64,000 nucleotides of DNA, from positions 3,844,001 to 3,908,000 of the forward strand of contig JBHGNT010000020.1 in NCBI GenBank assembly GCA_043228905.1. The letters are read 5' to 3'. A model generated the notes under the pieces. That model saw only the letters and a list, made by a program, of their open reading frames with translations, was not told where the DNA came from and made no database searches. Both the position numbers and the translations under genes were made by a program. Source of the stretch: Azolla caroliniana (taxonomy: Eukaryota; Plantae; Polypodiophyta). Of the stretch, positions 63,753-64,000 are shown one piece after another. Numbering within the stretch: the stretch's first letter is position 1; each line of letters starts with the position of its first letter.

Positions 63753-64000
63753 TTACCAATGATGCTTGAAACGCACAGTAGCGGCCCCTGAGTGAGAGTG
63801 GAAAAGAGAAGAGAACCCCGTCAGATTGAATAGCTCTTTGATTATGCTTGGAACGCACAGTAGCAACCCCTGAGTGTAGAGTGGCAAAGAGAAGAGAACC
63901 CCGTCAGATTGAACAGCTCTTTGATGATGCTTGGAACGCACAGCAGCGGCCCCTGAGTGTAGAGTGGCACAGAGAAGAGAACCCCCTCAGATTGAACAGC
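63753..64000. repeat. 83-bp tandem repeat, right part
   Basis: gagaacccc at 63811, 63894 and 63977 (period 83). Confidence 0.9.

Larger units (their letters stand above)
48183..64000 (-). mobile_element. Large Sola2-like DNA transposon (left end ~48182/48183; right end probably beyond the window) with accessory gene, hosting a Copia
   Basis: Sharp junction inside a Copia integrase; starts (G)GGGTAAAAG; DDD transposase; the same palindromic motif recurs from 48214 to 57075. Second terminus and TSD not visible. Confidence 0.72.

Overview
Eukaryotic nuclear DNA from a land plant, most likely a fern (inferred from residues in an rbcL insertion). It is mostly nested transposable elements around one intact host gene, a 7-exon plastid-targeted cyclophilin of the CYP20-3/CYP20-2 type (33457-37824, 260 aa). 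Retroelement content: several copies of an unusual Ty3/Gypsy family (tRNA-Trp primer site, 4-bp CpG-centred target duplications, TGTCGTGAAG termini, an antisense tRNA-like A/B-box module in some LTRs); a second Gypsy with an extra 3' ORF; two decayed LINEs; several solo LTRs with TSDs; a decayed full-length Copia; and one very young intact Copia (58313-63747). The most interesting structure starts at about 48183 and appears to run off the right edge: a >10-kb Sola2-like DDD DNA transposon. It carries a spliced transposase gene and a convergent, intact, multi-exon accessory gene (coiled-coil + RING-H2-like, with an alternatively spliceable FCP1/NIF-like HAD domain lacking the DxDxT motif). One intron of each gene is filled with arrays of the palindrome TAGCTAATTAGCTA, which also occurs next to the element end. 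Family names come from recalled motifs, not database searches; repeat counts are by eye.
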